Both the position numbers and the translations under genes were made by a program. Positions 23,868-34,753 of a stretch of 64,000 nt of DNA are shown piece after piece; positions within the stretch are counted from its first letter, which is position 1, and the number at the start of each line of letters is the position of its first letter. The notes under the pieces were generated by a model, which was not told the DNA's origin, made no database searches, and saw only the letters and a list, made by a program, of their open reading frames with translations. The stretch comes from the human T2T-CHM13v2.0 reference genome, Homo sapiens. The stretch spans positions 10,976,001-11,040,000 of the forward strand of contig CP086569.2 of NCBI GenBank assembly GCA_009914755.4. Direction: 5' to 3'.

Positions 23868-24032
23868 CCATTCCATTCCATTCCATTCCATTCTATTCTA
23901 TTCCATTCCATTCCATTCCATTCCACTCCACTCCACTCAGTTCCATTCCATTCCACTCCACTCGACTTCACTCTAATCCTCTCCATTCAATTTCATTCCA
24001 TTCCATTCCACTCCTATCCATTCCATTACTGT

Positions 24033-24106
24033 CTTTCTACAGGATCTCACTCTGTCACCCAGTCTGGAGAGCAGTGACACTGTCTCAGCTCACATTTCTT
24101 TTCACC
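24033..24106 (-). mobile_element. Alu 3'-end-derived fragment, subtype B
   Basis: ctttctacaggatctcactctgtcacccagtctggagagcagtgacactgtctcagctcacatttcttttcacc. Confidence 0.75.
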
Positions 24107-24357
24107 ATTCCTTTGCATTCCATTCCATTGCATTCCATTACATTCCGTTCCATTCCATTCTACTCCTCTCCTCTCCACTCCATCCCATTCCATACCATTT
24201 TATTCCACTCCACTCCACTCTATAGCATTCCCTGCCATCCCATTCCACACTCTTCCACCCCAGTCTGCACCACTCCACTGCACTCTAATGAATTCCATTC
24301 CATTCCATTCCATTCCATTCCATTCCATTCCATTCCATTCCATACCACTCCATTACT

Positions 24358-24425
24358 TTCTGTCGAGAAAATGTGACTCTGTCACACTGGCTGGAGTGCA
24401 GTGACGCAATTTCAGCCCATATCCA
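24358..24425 (-). mobile_element. Alu 3'-end-derived fragment, subtype B, diverged
   Basis: tttctgtcgagaaaatgtgactctgtcacactggctggagtgcagtgacgcaatttcagcccatatccactcc. Confidence 0.65.
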
Positions 24426-24679
24426 CTCCATTTCATTGCATTCCATTCTATTCCTCTCCATTCCAGTCCTCTCCATTGCACTCCACTGAATTCCACTCCA
24501 ATCCACTGCATTCCATCCCATTGCATTCCACACCAATTTACTCCACATCTCTGTACTCCACTTTACTCCATTCCATTCCACTCCCTACCATTCCATTCCC
24601 CTCCATTCCACTCCACTCCAGTCAACATCTCTCCACTCCATTCCATTCCATTCCATTCCACTCTATTCCATTCCATTCA

Positions 24680-24760
24680 TTTCTTTTGAAATTTTGTCAC
24701 TGTGTCACAGTTTGTGGTGCAGTGGAAGAATCCCAGTTCATATTTTATTTCACTGTAGCC
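24680..24760 (-). mobile_element. Alu 3'-end-derived fragment, subtype C
   Basis: tttcttttgaaattttgtcactgtgtcacagtttgtggtgcagtggaagaatcccagttcatattttatttcactgtagcc; paralog of 35932. Confidence 0.65.
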
Positions 24761-25383
24761 TTCCATTCCATTCCACTCCATTCTTTTCTTTTAAACTCCA
24801 CTCCCATTCAGTCCACTCCACTCCATTCCATTTCACTCCACTCCCCTCCATTCCACTCAACTCCACTCCGTCCCATTCCATCCCATTCCATTCCAATTCA
24901 TTGCTCTCAACTCCACTCCACCCCACTCCACTTCTTTCCATTCCATGCCATTCCATTCCACTCCACTGCACTTCAATCCATCCCATTCCATTCCACTACA
25001 TTCCACTCCACTCCACTCCAATCCATTCCACTTCTTTGCAGTCCATTCCATTCCAGTCCACTCCACTCCAATCCATTTAACTGCAGTCCACTCCACTCCA
25101 TTCCATCCCTTTTGATTCCACTCCTCTCCACTCCATTCGATTCCATTCCACTAAATTCCATTCCGTTCCATTGAATTCTAATCCACTCCACTCCTCTACA
25201 CTCCACTCCATGCCATTACATTCCATTACATTCCAGTCCATAGTCCTGCATTCCACTCCACTCCACTCCACTATATTCCATTCCATCCCATTCCACTCCT
25301 CTCCGCTCTAATCCACTCCACTCCACTCCTCTCCACTCCATTCCATTCCATGCCATTTCACTCCATTCCTTTCCATTCCGTGC

Positions 25384-25456
25384 TTTTGACAGCTTCTCAC
25401 TCTGTCACACAGGCTGGAGTGCAGTGGCACAATCTCAGCTCACGTTGCATTTCACC
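25384..25456 (-). mobile_element. Alu 3'-end-derived fragment, subtype B
   Basis: ttttgacagcttctcactctgtcacacaggctggagtgcagtggcacaatctcagctcacgttgcatttcacc. Confidence 0.8.
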
Positions 25457-26270
25457 ATTCCATTGCATTCTTTTGCATTGCCTTCCACTCCATTCCATTC
25501 CATTCCATTCCATTCCATTCCATTCCATTCCATTCCATTCCATTCCACTACACTCAGCTGCATTCCATTCCATTCCACTCCACTCCACCCCTATGAACTC
25601 CACTCGACTCCACTCCACCACATTCTACTCCTTTCCATTCCACTCCATAACATTCTATTCCAATACATTCCACTCCACTCCACTCTATTCCATTCCAGTC
25701 CACTCTACTAAACTCCCCTCCATTCCGCTCAACTCCACTCCTTCCCATTCCATCCTATTCCATTCCAATTCATTCCCCTCCACTCCACTCCGCTTCTTTC
25801 AATTCCATGCCATTCCATTCCACTCCACTCCACTTCAATCCATCCCATTCCATTCCACTACATTCCACTCCACTGCACTCCAATCCATTCCACTTCTTTA
25901 CAGTCCATTCCATTCAAGTCCACTCCACTCCAATCCATTTAACTCCACTCCACTGCACTCCATTCCATCCCTTTCCATTCCACTCCTCTCCACTCCATTC
26001 GATTCCATTCCATTAAATTCCATTCCTTTTCATTGAATTCTAATCCACTCCACTCCTCTACACTCCACTCCATGCCATTCCATTCCATTACATTCCTGTC
26101 CAAAGTCCTGCATTTCACTCCACTCCACACCACTGCATTCCATTCCATTCCATCTCATTCCACTCCATTTCACTCGTCTCCACTCTACTCCACTCCACTC
26201 CACTGCACTCCTCTCCACTCCATTCCATTCCATTCCATACCATTTCATTCCATTCCTTTCCGTTCCGTGC

Positions 26271-26374
26271 TTTTGACAGCATCTCAGCCTGTCACACAGG
26301 CTGGAGTGCAGTGGCACAATCTCAGCTCAGGCTGGAGTGCAACGGCACAATTTCAGCTCACATTTCATTTCACC
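26271..26374 (-). mobile_element. Alu 3'-end-derived fragment, subtype Bd (internal ~30-bp duplication)
   Basis: ttttgacagcatctcagcctgtcacacaggctggagtgcagtggcacaatctcagctcaggctggagtgcaacggcacaatttcagctcacatttcatttcacc. Confidence 0.8.
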
Positions 26375-26744
26375 ATTCCATTCCATTCCATTCCATTCCA
26401 TTCCATTCCATTGCATTCAATTCCACTCTATTCCTCTGTACTCCACTCCACTCTACTCCACTCCGTTCCATTCCACTCCATTCCACTCTATTCCACTCCA
26501 CTCCACTTTACTTTATTCCACTCCATTCCATTCCATTCCACTCCATTCCAATCCAATGCACTCCAATCGACTCCACTACACTCAATTCCGTTCAACTTTA
26601 TACCATTGTATTCCACTCCATTCATATTAACACCACTCCACTCTACTCCACTCCAGTCCACTCCACTCCGCTCTGTTCCATTCCAATCCACTCCTCTCCA
26701 CTGCACTCCATTCCATTTCATTCTGCTCCATTCCTTTCCATTCC

Positions 26745-26826
26745 TTTCTTTTGACAGGGTCTCACTCTTTCAGCCAGGTTAGAGTGCAGTGGAATAAACT
26801 CCGTTCACATTTTATTTCATCATAGC
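26745..26826 (-). mobile_element. Alu 3'-end-derived fragment, subtype D
   Basis: tttcttttgacagggtctcactctttcagccaggttagagtgcagtggaataaactccgttcacattttatttcatcatagc; paralog of 37091. Confidence 0.7.
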
Positions 26827-27158
26827 ATTCCATTCCATTCCATTTCCTAAAATTCCATTCAATTCCAGTCCACTCCAATCAACTCCACTCTACCTCATTC
26901 AATCCTATTCAATTCCACTCCACTCCATTCGATTCCATCCCATCCCATTCCATTCCATTCCATTCCACTCCACTCTTCTCCACTCCACTCCATGCCATTC
27001 CATTCCTTTCTATTCCAGTACATATTACTCCATTCCTCTCCACTCCACTCCACTACATTCCATTCCATTTCATCCCATTCCACTCCATTCCTCTCTTCTC
27101 CACTCTACTCCACCCCATTCCATTCCATTCCATTTTACTCCATTAAATTCCATTCCTC

Positions 27159-27264
27159 TCTTTAGACAGAATTTTACTCTGTCACACAGGCTGGAGTGCA
27201 GTGACACAGTCTCAGCTCAGGCTGGAGTTCAGTGGCATAATATCAGCACACATTTCATTTCACC
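27159..27264 (-). mobile_element. Alu 3'-end-derived fragment, subtype Bd (internal duplication)
   Basis: tctttagacagaattttactctgtcacacaggctggagtgcagtgacacagtctcagctcaggctggagttcagtggcataatatcagcacacatttcatttcacc. Confidence 0.75.
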
Positions 27265-27324
27265 ATTCCATTCCATTCCACTTTATTCCATTCTACTCCA
27301 CTCCACTCCACTCCATTCCATTCC

Positions 27325-27406
27325 TTTCTTTCAAAAGGAGCTCACTCTTTCACCTAGGTTAGAGTGCAGTGGAACAATCTCAGCTCACATTTCATTTCAC
27401 CATAGC
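27325..27406 (-). mobile_element. Alu 3'-end-derived fragment, subtype D
   Basis: tttctttcaaaaggagctcactctttcacctaggttagagtgcagtggaacaatctcagctcacatttcatttcaccatagc. Confidence 0.7.
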
Positions 27407-27633
27407 ATTCAATTCGATTCTGTTCCATTCCCTTCAATTCCATTCCACTCCATTCCACTCCAATGTACTCCACTCGACTCCACTCCAATTCACTCCTCTC
27501 CACTCCATTCCATTGTACATCATACCATTCTGTTCCACTCCATTCACATGCTCTCCACTGCACTCTATTCCACTCCAGTCCACTCCACTCCACTCCATTT
27601 CACTCTACTCCATTCAACTCCACTCCATTCCAT

Positions 27634-27711
27634 TCTTTTGACAGGTTCTCACTCTTTCACACAGGTTAGAGTGCAGTGGAACAACCTGAGCTCACATTTC
27701 ATTTCACCATA
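27634..27711 (-). mobile_element. Alu 3'-end-derived fragment, subtype D
   Basis: ttcttttgacaggttctcactctttcacacaggttagagtgcagtggaacaacctgagctcacatttcatttcaccatag. Confidence 0.75.
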
Positions 27712-27848
27712 GAATTCCATTCCATTCCATTGCATTCCCTAGAATTCCATTCCATTCCAGTCCACTCCACTCCATTCCACTCCACACCACTTCTTTCCAT
27801 CCCATTCTGTTCCACTCCATTCCACTCCCATCCACTCCATTGCACTTC

Positions 27849-27948
27849 TTTCCATTCCATTCCATTCCATTCCATTCCGTTCCATTCCATTCCATTCCAT
27901 TCCATTCCATTCCATTCCATTCCATTCCATTCCATTCCACTCCAATCC
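27849..27948. repeat. Near-perfect (CCATT)n run, ~20 units
   Basis: uninterrupted ccatt pentamers with a single ccgtt. Confidence 0.85.
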
Positions 27949-28056
27949 TCTCCACTCCACTCCTGTCCACTCCATTGCGTTCCATTCACGCCAATCCACT
28001 CAACTTATTTCCATTCCATTCCATCCTATTCCATTCCACTCCTTTCCATTCCATTC

Positions 28057-28131
28057 ATTTTCTTCAACAGGATCTCTCTGTCACCCAGGCTGGAATGCAG
28101 TGGCACAATCTCAGCTCACGTTTCGTTTCAC
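28057..28131 (-). mobile_element. Alu 3'-end-derived fragment, subtype B with small internal deletion
   Basis: ttttcttcaacaggatctctctgtcacccaggctggaatgcagtggcacaatctcagctcacgtttcgtttcacc. Confidence 0.75.
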
Positions 28132-28486
28132 CATTCAATTGCATTCTTTTGCATTGCATTCCACTCAATTCCATTCCATCTCATTCCATTCCATTCCGTC
28201 CATTGCATTCCACTCCACTCAGCTGCATTCCATTCCATTCCATTCCACTCCACTCCACTCCACTCCTATGCACTCCCCTCGATTCCTTTCCACTCCACCA
28301 AAGTCCACGCCATTCCATTCCACTCCATAATATTCTATTCCAATATATTCCCCTCCACTCCACTCTATTCCATTCCAGTTCACTCCACTCCACTCCAGTC
28401 CACTCCACTCCACCCCACTCCAGCCCACTCCACTTCACTCCACTCCATTCCACTCCATTCCATTCCACTCCATTTCATTCCATTCC

Positions 28487-28568
28487 TTTCTTTCGACAGC
28501 ATATCACTCTGTCACCCAGGTTACAGTGTAGTTGAAAAATATCAGCTCATATTTCATTTCACCATAGC
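28487..28568 (-). mobile_element. Alu 3'-end-derived fragment, subtype D-like
   Basis: tttctttcgacagcatatcactctgtcacccaggttacagtgtagttgaaaaatatcagctcatatttcatttcaccatagc. Confidence 0.7.
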
Positions 28569-28864
28569 ATTCCGTTCCATTCCATTCCATTCCATTCCAT
28601 TCCATTCTATTCCATTCCATTGCCTTCCATTCCTTTAACTTCCATTCCATTCCTGTCCACTACACTCCACTCCACTTCACTCCACTCCAATCCACTCCAC
28701 TCCGCTTCATTCCATCCCATTCCATTCCACTCCATTCCACAACACTCCAGTCCACTCAACTTCTTTCAATTCAATCCCATTCCATTCTACTCCAGTCCAC
28801 TCCACTCCACTCCTTTCCATTCCACTACATTGCATTCCTTTCCACTCCTTTCCATTCCATTCCT

Positions 28865-28940
28865 TTCTTTTGACAGAATCTGATTCTTTCACCCAGGCTG
28901 GAGTGCTGTCGCACAATCTGAGCCCACATTTCATTTCACC
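28865..28940 (-). mobile_element. Alu 3'-end-derived fragment, subtype B
   Basis: ttcttttgacagaatctgattctttcacccaggctggagtgctgtcgcacaatctgagcccacatttcatttcacc. Confidence 0.75.
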
Positions 28941-29209
28941 ACTCCATTGCATTCCATTCCTTTGCATTCCATGCCATTCCATTTTTTTTCCATTCCACTG
29001 CACTCCACTCCACTCTACTCCACTCTGCTGCATTCCATTCCATTCCATTCCATTGCATTCCATTCCATTCCATTCCATTCCATTCCACTCTACTCCACTC
29101 CTCTGCACTCCATCCCATTGCATCCCATCCCATTCCACACCATTCCACTGCACTCCACTCAACTGCATTCCATTCAATTCCATTACATTCCACTCTATTT
29201 CATTCTGTG

Positions 29210-29287
29210 CTTTTCTGTCAACAAGATCTCACTCTGTCACAGTGGCTGTAGTGTAGTGGCAGAATCTCAGCTCACATTTCATTCTAC
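29210..29287 (-). mobile_element. Alu 3'-end-derived fragment, subtype B
   Basis: cttttctgtcaacaagatctcactctgtcacagtggctgtagtgtagtggcagaatctcagctcacatttcattctac. Confidence 0.7.
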
Positions 29288-29474
29288 ATTCCATTCCATT
29301 CCCTTCCACTCCATTCAATCCCATTGTATTCCACTCCATTCATCTCCACTTCACTGAACTCCCTTCCACTTCATTCCATTAAACTCCACAACATTCCATT
29401 CTACTCCACGCCACTCCACTCCACTCCACAACACTCCATTCCATTTCATTCCACTGTATTCCATTCCATTCCTT

Positions 29475-29547
29475 TTCTTTTACAGTATATCACTCTGTTA
29501 CACAGGCTGGAGTGCTTTAGCGCAATCTCAGCTCACATTGCCTTCAC
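29475..29547 (-). mobile_element. Alu 3'-end-derived fragment, subtype B
   Basis: ttcttttacagtatatcactctgttacacaggctggagtgctttagcgcaatctcagctcacattgccttcacc. Confidence 0.7.
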
Positions 29548-29818
29548 CATTCCATTGCATTCCATTCCATTCTGTTCCATTCCAAATCACTACATTCCAT
29601 TTAGTTCCTATCCATTCCACTGCACTCCTCTCCACTCCACTGCACGCCATTCCATTCCATTCCATTCCAGTCCAGTCCACTCCACTACGCCTTATTCCAT
29701 TACATCCCGATTCATTCCACTCCATTCCACTCCTCTCCACTCTACTCCACTCCACTCCTCTCCACTCTATTCCGTTCTGTTTCATTCCATTCCATTCCAT
29801 TCCTTTGCATTCCATTCC

Positions 29819-29894
29819 TTTCTTTTGACAGGATCTCACTCTGTCACCCAGGCTGATGTCCAGCGGCATAAACTCAGGTGACATTGCAATTCAC
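29819..29894 (-). mobile_element. Alu 3'-end-derived fragment, subtype B
   Basis: tttcttttgacaggatctcactctgtcacccaggctgatgtccagcggcataaactcaggtgacattgcaattcacc. Confidence 0.7.
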
Positions 29895-30075
29895 CATTGT
29901 ATTCCATTCCATTTCACTCCATTCCATTCCATTCCATTCCACTCCACTCCACTCCACTCCACTCAATTCCATTCCACGCAATCCCATTTCATTCCACTCC
30001 ACTCCATTCCATGCCCTTCCATCCAATTCCATTCTATTCCGTTGTATTCCAATCCATTCCATTCCATTCAAATCC

Positions 30076-30151
30076 TTTCTTTCAAAGTGTTCTCACTTAG
30101 TCACACATGGTGGAGTTCAGTGGGAAAATCTGAGCTCACATTTCATTTCAC
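30076..30151 (-). mobile_element. Alu 3'-end-derived fragment, subtype B
   Basis: tttctttcaaagtgttctcacttagtcacacatggtggagttcagtgggaaaatctgagctcacatttcatttcacc. Confidence 0.7.
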
Positions 30152-30245
30152 CATTCCATTGCACTCCATTCCACTCCACTCCACTCCACCCCACTCCACT
30201 GCATTCCACTCCATTCCATCCCAATCCATTCCTTTCCACTCCATT

Positions 30246-30323
30246 CCATTCCTTTCCTTTCCTTCATCAGGATATCACTGTTTCACACAGGGTGGAGTGC
30301 AGTGGCACAATCTTAGTTCACAT
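30246..30323 (-). mobile_element. Alu 3'-end-derived fragment, subtype B
   Basis: ctttccttcatcaggatatcactgtttcacacagggtggagtgcagtggcacaatcttagttcacatttcatttcaac. Confidence 0.7.
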
Positions 30324-30374
30324 TTCATTTCAACTTTCCACTCCATAGCATTTCATTGCAATCCGTTTCTTTCC

Positions 30375-30456
30375 ATTTTTTTTCGTTTGACAGTTTCTCA
30401 CTCTGTCACTCCGGGTGGAGTGCAGTCGCATAATCTCAGCTCACATTACATTTGAA
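30375..30456 (-). mobile_element. Alu 3'-end-derived fragment, subtype B, with 8-nt T-run tail
   Basis: ttttttttcgtttgacagtttctcactctgtcactccgggtggagtgcagtcgcataatctcagctcacattacatttgaac. Confidence 0.75.
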
Positions 30457-30757
30457 CTTTGCATTACATTCCATGCCACTCCATTTCATTTCATTCGATT
30501 CCATTCCATTCCACTCTACTCAATTCCACTCCACTCCACTACATTCCATTTCATACCATTCCATTCCACTCCATTCCACTCTAATCCACTCAATTCCATT
30601 CCATCCCATTACATTCCACTCCACTCCACTCCATTCCATCCCACTCCATCCCATTTCATTCCACACCACTACACTCCACACCACTCCATTTCCTGCCATA
30701 CCATCCCATTTCATTCCATTCCATTTGATTCCTTTCCACTCCTTTGCATTCCATTCC

Positions 30758-30834
30758 TTTATTTCGACAGTATCTCAATCTGTCACAAAGTCTGGAGTGC
30801 AGTGGCACAATCTCAGCTCACATTTCATTTCACC
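30758..30834 (-). mobile_element. Alu 3'-end-derived fragment, subtype B
   Basis: tttatttcgacagtatctcaatctgtcacaaagtctggagtgcagtggcacaatctcagctcacatttcatttcacc. Confidence 0.8.
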
Positions 30835-30959
30835 ATTTCATTTCATTCCATACCACTCCACTCCACTACACCACACTCCACTCCAGTCCACTTCACTCCA
30901 CTCCACTCCATTAAATCCCAATGCATTCCATTCCTGTCTATTCCTATCCATTCCTCTGC

Positions 30960-31034
30960 TTTCTTTTGATAGGATCTCACTCTGTCACTCAGGGTGGAGT
31001 ACAGTGGCACAATCTCAGCTCATATTTTATTTCA
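30960..31034 (-). mobile_element. Alu 3'-end-derived fragment, subtype B
   Basis: tttcttttgataggatctcactctgtcactcagggtggagtacagtggcacaatctcagctcatattttatttcaa. Confidence 0.75.
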
Positions 31035-31141
31035 ATATTCCATACCATTCCATTCCATTCCATTCCACTCTACTCCACTCCACTCCACTCAATTCCATTC
31101 TATTCAATTACATGCCACTCCATTCCACTCCTTTCCATTCC

Positions 31142-31223
31142 TTTCTTTTCTGTCGACAGGTTCTCACTCTAACAAACAGGCTAGAGTGTAGTGGCACAAT
31201 CTCCGTTCAAATTTGACTTCACC
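31142..31223 (-). mobile_element. Alu 3'-end-derived fragment, subtype B
   Basis: tttcttttctgtcgacaggttctcactctaacaaacaggctagagtgtagtggcacaatctccgttcaaatttgacttcacc. Confidence 0.7.
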
Positions 31224-31522
31224 ATTCCATTCCATTCCATTTCATTCCATTCCATTCCATTCCATTCTACTCCCTTCCACTCAACTCCAACCCATTGCAT
31301 TCCATTCCACTCCACTCCACTCCTCTCCACTGCTCTACATTACATCCCATTCTATCCAACTCCATTCCCCTCCACTCCACTCCAATCTACTGAATTCCAT
31401 TCCATTACATCACATTCCATTCCATTGCATTCCATTCCACTCCACTCCAATCCACTCAAATCCATTCCACTATATTCCGTTCCTTTCCTTTCAATTCCAA
31501 TACACTGTATTACCTTAAACTC

Positions 31523-31600
31523 CTTTCTTTAGACAGGATCTCACTCTGTCACACAGGGTAGAGTGCAGTGGCACAATGTTAGCTCACATTACGTTTCACA
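31523..31600 (-). mobile_element. Alu 3'-end-derived fragment, subtype B
   Basis: ctttctttagacaggatctcactctgtcacacagggtagagtgcagtggcacaatgttagctcacattacgtttcaca. Confidence 0.75.
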
Positions 31601-32035
31601 ATTCCATTCCATTTCTCTCCATTCCATTCCATTCCTTTCCCTTCCGTTCCTTTAAGTTCCACTCCACTCCACTCCATTCCACTCCACTCCACTCCATTAC
31701 AGTACACTCCACTCCACTCCAGTAGACTCAATTTCATTACACTCCATCCCATTCCATTCCACTCCATTCCACCCCACTACAATCCACTCCACTCCTCTCC
31801 AATCTACTCCACTCCACTCCACTCCAGTCCACTCCATTGCATTCCATCCCATCCCAGTCCATTCCACTCCATTCTACATCAATCCACTCCATTCCATTCC
31901 ATTCCAACTGATTCCATTCCATCCCGGTCAATTCCATTCCATTCCATTCCATTCCATTCCATTCCATTCCATTCCATTCCATTCCATTCCATTCCATTGC
32001 ATTCCATTCCATTGCATTCCATTCCATTCCCTGCT

Positions 32036-32109
32036 TTCGACAGGATCTCACTCTGTGACACAGCCTGGAGTGCAGTAGCACAATCTCAACTCAAATTTAT
32101 TTTGACCAT
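32036..32109 (-). mobile_element. Alu 3'-end-derived fragment, subtype B; paralog of 7325
   Basis: tgctttcgacaggatctcactctgtgacacagcctggagtgcagtagcacaatctcaactcaaatttattttgacc. Confidence 0.75.
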
Positions 32110-32612
32110 TCCATTCCACTACATTCCACTACACTTCAGTTCACTCCACTCCACTCCAATCCATGCCATTCCACTCCATTCAATTCCATCCCAATCCAGT
32201 CCACACCACTCAGCTCCACTCAATTCCGCTCTAATCCACTTCAGTCCACTCCAATACATTACACTTCATCATATTCAATTGCAATCCATTCCACTACACT
32301 GCACTCCATTCAACTCCACTACATTCCTTTCGATTGCATGCCAGTCCATTGCACTCCATTCCACACCATTTCACTCCACTCCACTCCACTCCATTCCATT
32401 CCATCCCATTCCCTTCCATTTCATTCCATCCCATTCCAACCCATCCCATCCCATCGCATCCCATTCCATTCCATCCCATCCCATTCTATTTGCTTCCATT
32501 CCATTCCATTCCATTCCATTCCATTCCATTCCATTCCATCCCATTCCATTCCATTCCATCACATTCCATTCCATTCCATTCCTTTCCATTCCATTATACT
32601 TCGTTCCATTCC

Positions 32613-32694
32613 TTTCTTTTCTTTTGACAGGCTCTCACTCTCTCACACAGGCTGTATTGTCGTGGCACAATATCAGCTCACATTTCATTTCACC
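32613..32694 (-). mobile_element. Alu 3'-end-derived fragment, subtype B
   Basis: tttcttttcttttgacaggctctcactctctcacacaggctgtattgtcgtggcacaatatcagctcacatttcatttcacc. Confidence 0.75.
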
Positions 32695-33347
32695 ATTCTC
32701 TTCCATTGCATTTCATTGCATTCCATTCCATTGCATTATATTCTATTGTATTCCATTCCATTCCATTTCATTCTAATCCATTCCACTCCCTTTCATTCAA
32801 CTCCACTCCACTTCACTCCACGCCACTCCACTCCACTCCACTCCACTCCACTCCATTCCACTCCATTCCATTCCATTCCATTCCATTCCATTCCATTCCA
32901 TTCCATTCCATTCTACTCCAGTCCACTCCACTGCATGCCACTCGACTCCACTCCCTTACACTCAATTCCAATCCATTCTTCTCCATTTCATTCTATTCCT
33001 CTCCATTCCTCTCCACTCCACTCCACTACCGTCCACTCCAGTCCACTCCACTCCAATCCATTTCACTGCACTCCACTCCACTCCCTTCCATTCCATCCCA
33101 TTCCATTCTACTCCATTCCAGTCCACTGCATTCCACTCCATTATTTTCCATTCCATCCAAAGACGTTCCATTCTTTACCACTCTAATGCTCTCCACTACA
33201 CTCCACTCTTGTCCACTCCACTCCATTCCACTCCATCCAATTCCATTTACTCCAATCCACTTAGCTGTACTCCACTCCACTGCAGACCATTTCATTTCAT
33301 TCCATTCCATTCCACTCCATTCCATTCCACTCTTTACCATTCCATTC

Positions 33348-33424
33348 CTTTCTTTCGACAGGATCTCACTCTCCCACACAGGCTGGAGTAAAGGGACACA
33401 ATCTGAGCTCACATATCATTTTAA
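33348..33424 (-). mobile_element. Alu 3'-end-derived fragment, subtype B
   Basis: ctttctttcgacaggatctcactctcccacacaggctggagtaaagggacacaatctgagctcacatatcattttaac. Confidence 0.7.
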
Positions 33425-33631
33425 CATTTAATTGCATTCCATTCCCTTGCATTCCATTAAATTTCATTCCATTCCATTCCTCTCCATTGCTTTCCACTGC
33501 ACTCCACCCAACTACACACCAATCCACACCACTCCATTCCATTCTTTTCCATTCCATTCCATTCCATTTTATTCCATTCCATTCCTTTCCATTCCATTCC
33601 ACTCCATTCCATTCCATTCCATTCCACTCCG

Positions 33632-33707
33632 TTCTTTCATGAGGGTCTCACTCTATCACCTAGTCTGGAATGCAGTGACACAATCTCAGCTCACATTTCA
33701 TTTCACC
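33632..33707 (-). mobile_element. Alu 3'-end-derived fragment, subtype B
   Basis: ttctttcatgagggtctcactctatcacctagtctggaatgcagtgacacaatctcagctcacatttcatttcacc. Confidence 0.75.
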
Positions 33708-34036
33708 ATTCCATTGCATTGCATTCCATTGCATTCAAGTCCATTCCATTCCATTGTATTCCATTCCATTCCATCCCATCCCATTCCTTTCCATTCCATT
33801 CCATTCCATTCCATTCCATTCCACTCTGCTGCATTCCATTCCATTCCATTCCAATCCATTCCACTCCACTCTACTCCACTCCTCTCCACTCCATCCCATT
33901 CCATCCCATTCAATTCCACTCCACTCCACTCTATTGCATTCCCTCCCATCCCTTTCCACTCTATTCCACTCCAATCCACAGCACTCCACTCCACTTCACT
34001 CTACTCCACTCCATTCCGTTCCATACCATTCCATCA

Positions 34037-34114
34037 CTTTGTGTCACGAAAATCTCACTCTGTCACCCTGGCTGCAGTGCAGTGGCGCAATTTCAGCTCA
34101 CATTTCATTTCACA
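34037..34114 (-). mobile_element. Alu 3'-end-derived fragment, subtype B
   Basis: ctttgtgtcacgaaaatctcactctgtcaccctggctgcagtgcagtggcgcaatttcagctcacatttcatttcaca. Confidence 0.75.
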
Positions 34115-34312
34115 ACTCCATTCCATTCCACTCCACTCAACTCCACTTCACTTCACGCCATTCCATCCCATTGCTTTGCTCTCTATTTCACTCCACTTCA
34201 CTGCACTCCACTCCATTCCATTCCACTCCCTACCATTCCATTCCCCTTCACTCCACTCCTCTCCAGTCAACTACTCTTCATTCCATTCCATTAAACTCTA
34301 TTGCATTCCATT

Positions 34313-34393
34313 CTTTTTATTTGTAAGTATCTCACTCTGTTTCTCACGCTCGAGTGCAGGGGCACAATCTCAGCTCACATTCCATTTCACCAT
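34313..34393 (-). mobile_element. Alu 3'-end-derived fragment, subtype B
   Basis: ctttttatttgtaagtatctcactctgtttctcacgctcgagtgcaggggcacaatctcagctcacattccatttcacc. Confidence 0.7.
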
Positions 34394-34676
34394 TCCAATG
34401 TATTTCAATCCATTACATTCCTTTTAATTGCAATCCACTCCATTCCACTGCACGCCATTCCATTCCATTCCATTCCAATCCATTCCACTAAATTCCATTC
34501 CATTCCACTACACTACACTCCCCATCATTCCATTCCATGCCATCCTATTTCACTCCATTCCACTCCTCTCCACTCTACTCTACTCGACTCCACTGCACTC
34601 CTCTCCAATCCATTCCATTCCATTCCCTTACTTTCCATTCTATTCCATTCCTTTTCACTCCATTCCATTACATATA

Positions 34677-34753
34677 TTTCTTTCAACAGCATCTCACACT
34701 GTCAACCTGGCTGGAGTGCAATGACACAATCTCAGCTCACGTTTCAATTTACC
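34677..34753 (-). mobile_element. Alu 3'-end-derived fragment, subtype B
   Basis: tttctttcaacagcatctcacactgtcaacctggctggagtgcaatgacacaatctcagctcacgtttcaatttacc. Confidence 0.75.

Larger units (their letters stand above)
19503..25383. repeat. Higher-order repeat of ~2.0-2.3 kb, three copies (19503-21796, 21797-23793, 23794-~25383), each built from 6-7 Alu-fragment-marked submonomers
   Basis: ordered paralog pairs: 19503/21797, 19825/22109, 20197/22438, 20620/22836, 20788/22985, 21067/23156, 21465/23565, then 21797/23794, 22109/24033, 22438/24358 (offsets 2.30 kb shrinking to 1.92 kb). Confidence 0.7.
24680..27264. repeat. C-B-Bd-D-Bd block containing an internal ~862-887-bp tandem duplication; paralog of 35932-37624
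   Basis: subtype order and flanking sequence match 35932(C)-36650(Bd)-37091(D)-37516(Bd); segment 24700-25175 repeats at 25560-26036 (the supplied + strand ORF peptides end in identical PLLSTPFDSIPLNSIPFH). Confidence 0.65.
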
